A stretch of DNA of 64,000 bases, from contig NIVC01003461.1 in assembly GCA_002269645.1 (NCBI GenBank), positions 1 through 64,000 on the forward strand, given 5' to 3'. Under the pieces are notes generated by a model. That model was not told where the DNA came from. It did not search any database and saw only the letters and a program-made list of their open reading frames with translations. Positions within the stretch are counted from its first letter, which is position 1, and each line of letters begins with the position of its first letter. The position numbers were made by a program, and so were the translations under genes. Origin of the DNA: Macrostomum lignano. Taxonomy: Eukaryota. This document shows positions 62,490 through 64,000 of this stretch, one piece after another.

Positions 62490-63640
62490 GGGACGAGGGT
62501 TTTAGGAGAGTGGGGTGGTTGGGGAGGGTCTCTTGCAGAGTGGGGTGGTTGGGCAGGGGGTTTTGGGAGAGGGGTGCTTGGAGAGGGTCTCTTGCAGAGT
62601 GGGGTGGTTGGGCAGGGGGTTTTGGGAGAGGGGTGCTTGGAGAGGGTCTCTTGCAGAGTGGGGTGGTTGGGGAGGGTCTCTTGCAGAGTGGGGTGGTTGG
62701 GGAGGGTCTCTTGCAGAGTGGGGTGGTTGGGGAGGGTCTCTTGCAGAGTGGGGTGGTTGGGGAGGGTCTCTTGCAGAGTGGGGTGGTTGGGCAGGGGGTT
62801 TTGGGAGAGGGGTGGTTGGGAAGGGTCTCTTGCAGAGTGGGGTGGTTGGGGAGGGTCTCTTGCAGAGTGGGGTGGTTGGGGAGGGTCTCTTGCAGAGTGG
62901 GGTGGTTGGGGAGGGTCTCTTGCAGAGTGGGGTGGTTGGGGAGGGTCTCTTGCAGAGTGGGGTGGTTGGGGAGGGTCTCTTGCAGAGTGGGGTGGTTGGG
63001 GAGGGTCTCTTGCAGAGTGGGGTGGTTGGGGAGGGTCTCTTGCAGAGTGGGGTGGTTGGGCAGGGGGTTTTGGGAGAGGGGTGGTTGGGAAGGGTCTCTT
63101 GCAGAGTGGGGTGGTTGGGGAGGGTCTCTTGCAGAGTGGGGTGGTTGGGGAGGGTCTCTTGCAGAGTGGGGTGGTTGGGGAGGGTCTCTTGCAGAGTGGG
63201 GTGGTTGGGGAGGGTCTCTTGCAGAGTGGGGTGGTTGGGGAGGGTCTCTTGCAGAGTGGGGTGGTTGGGGAGGGTCTCTTGCAGAGTGGGGTGGTTGGGC
63301 AGGGGGTTTTGGGAGAGGGGTGGTTGGGAAGGGTCTCTTGCAGAGTGGGGTGGTTGGGGAGGGTCTCTTGCAGAGTGGGGTGGTTGGGGAGGGTCTCTTG
63401 CAGAGTGGGGTGGTTGGGGAGGGTCTCTTGCAGAGTGGGGTGGTTGGGGAGGGTCTCTTGCAGAGTGGGGTGGTTGGGGAGGGTCTCTTGCAGAGTGGGG
63501 TGGTTGGGGAGGGTCTCTTGCAGAGTGGGGTGGTTGGGGAGGGTCTCTTGCAGAGTGGGGTGGTTGGGGAGGGGGTTGTGCAGAGTGAGGTGGTTGGGGA
63601 GGGTCTCTTGCAGAGTGGGGTGTCTGGGGAGGTGGTTTTA
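62490..63640 (+). repeat. 30-bp G-rich tandem array GGGAGGGTCTCTTGCAGAGTGGGGTGGTTG, about 38 copies
   Basis: Directly visible; a variant unit GGGCAGGGGGTTTTGGGAGAGGGGTGGTTG is interspersed five times. Confidence 0.97.
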
Positions 63641-63733
63641 CAGAGGAGTAAAGTGCTGGATCAAACAGCATGCTCCAAGGTGGCAAAAGACGGATTTAAT
63701 ACTCTGCAACTCTCTCTCCCTCTCCCCAAGTCT

Positions 63734-64000
63734 CTAACGGCCCTTATTTCCGTCATCATCATCCTCGGACTCGGAATCCGGCACCGTCCAGGTGCTGTCG
63801 TTGCGAACGCGCGAACTGGCTTGCGCCTCCGCCTGGGCCTCGGCAGCTTCGACAGCCATCCAGGCGGCCTCGTCGTCGTCATTATCGTTGACTCCCTTCG
63901 CCGAAAACTTGTCCTCGTCGTCGTCGTCACCGTCGTAGCCGCCGCGCGCCCAGCTGCTGCCGGCGGCTCCCCGGTCGCGCAGCTCCGCGGCCGCCCTGGA
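63734..64000 (-). CDS. 3' end of an unidentified gene (acidic tail), truncated by the window edge
   Basis: Open frame from 64000: SRAAAELRDRGAAGSSWARGGYDGDDDDEDKF...TWTVPDSESEDDDDGNKGR*, with the GC-rich codon usage seen in the other genes here. Confidence 0.65.
   Translation of the reverse strand, partial: SRAAAELRDRGAAGSSWARGGYDGDDDDEDKFSAKGVNDNDDDEAAWMAVEAAEAQAEAQASSRVRNDSTWTVPDSESEDDDDGNKGR

Noticed and set aside
62424-63737. 350-440-aa G/W- or P-rich ORFs
   Set aside because: The 30-bp unit lacks stops in several frames on both strands; repeat artefact.

Overview
Eukaryotic (animal) genomic DNA. GC-rich exons, long introns filled by minisatellites, TTAGGG-type repeats and a CsRn1-like retrotransposon suggest a Macrostomum-like flatworm; this is an inference and no search was run. 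1-20066 is a head-to-tail trimer of non-autonomous Helitron-like elements on the minus strand (TC...hairpin-CTAG, joined directly as CTAG|TC). Each copy carries internal satellite arrays, one of them about 12.4 kb. A 73-bp minimal element of the same family lies at 49096-49168. 20217-24464 is a full-length but decayed Ty3/Gypsy LTR retrotransposon. Three co-directional + strand genes follow: PNO1, an SLC15A4-like POT transporter and PTCD3/mS39. The last two carry several single-base frame breaks, possibly assembly errors. After a 360-N gap come a PHD-finger fragment, a decayed mariner, and three co-directional - strand genes: an intronless cytochrome-b5-fused desaturase of the Delta8-sphingolipid type, a Lines (LINS1) homolog with coding minisatellites, and the acidic C-terminus of an unidentified gene. 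Nearly every long intron and intergenic spacer holds its own private tandem repeat, and one intron is built from tandem GT...AG micro-intron-like units.
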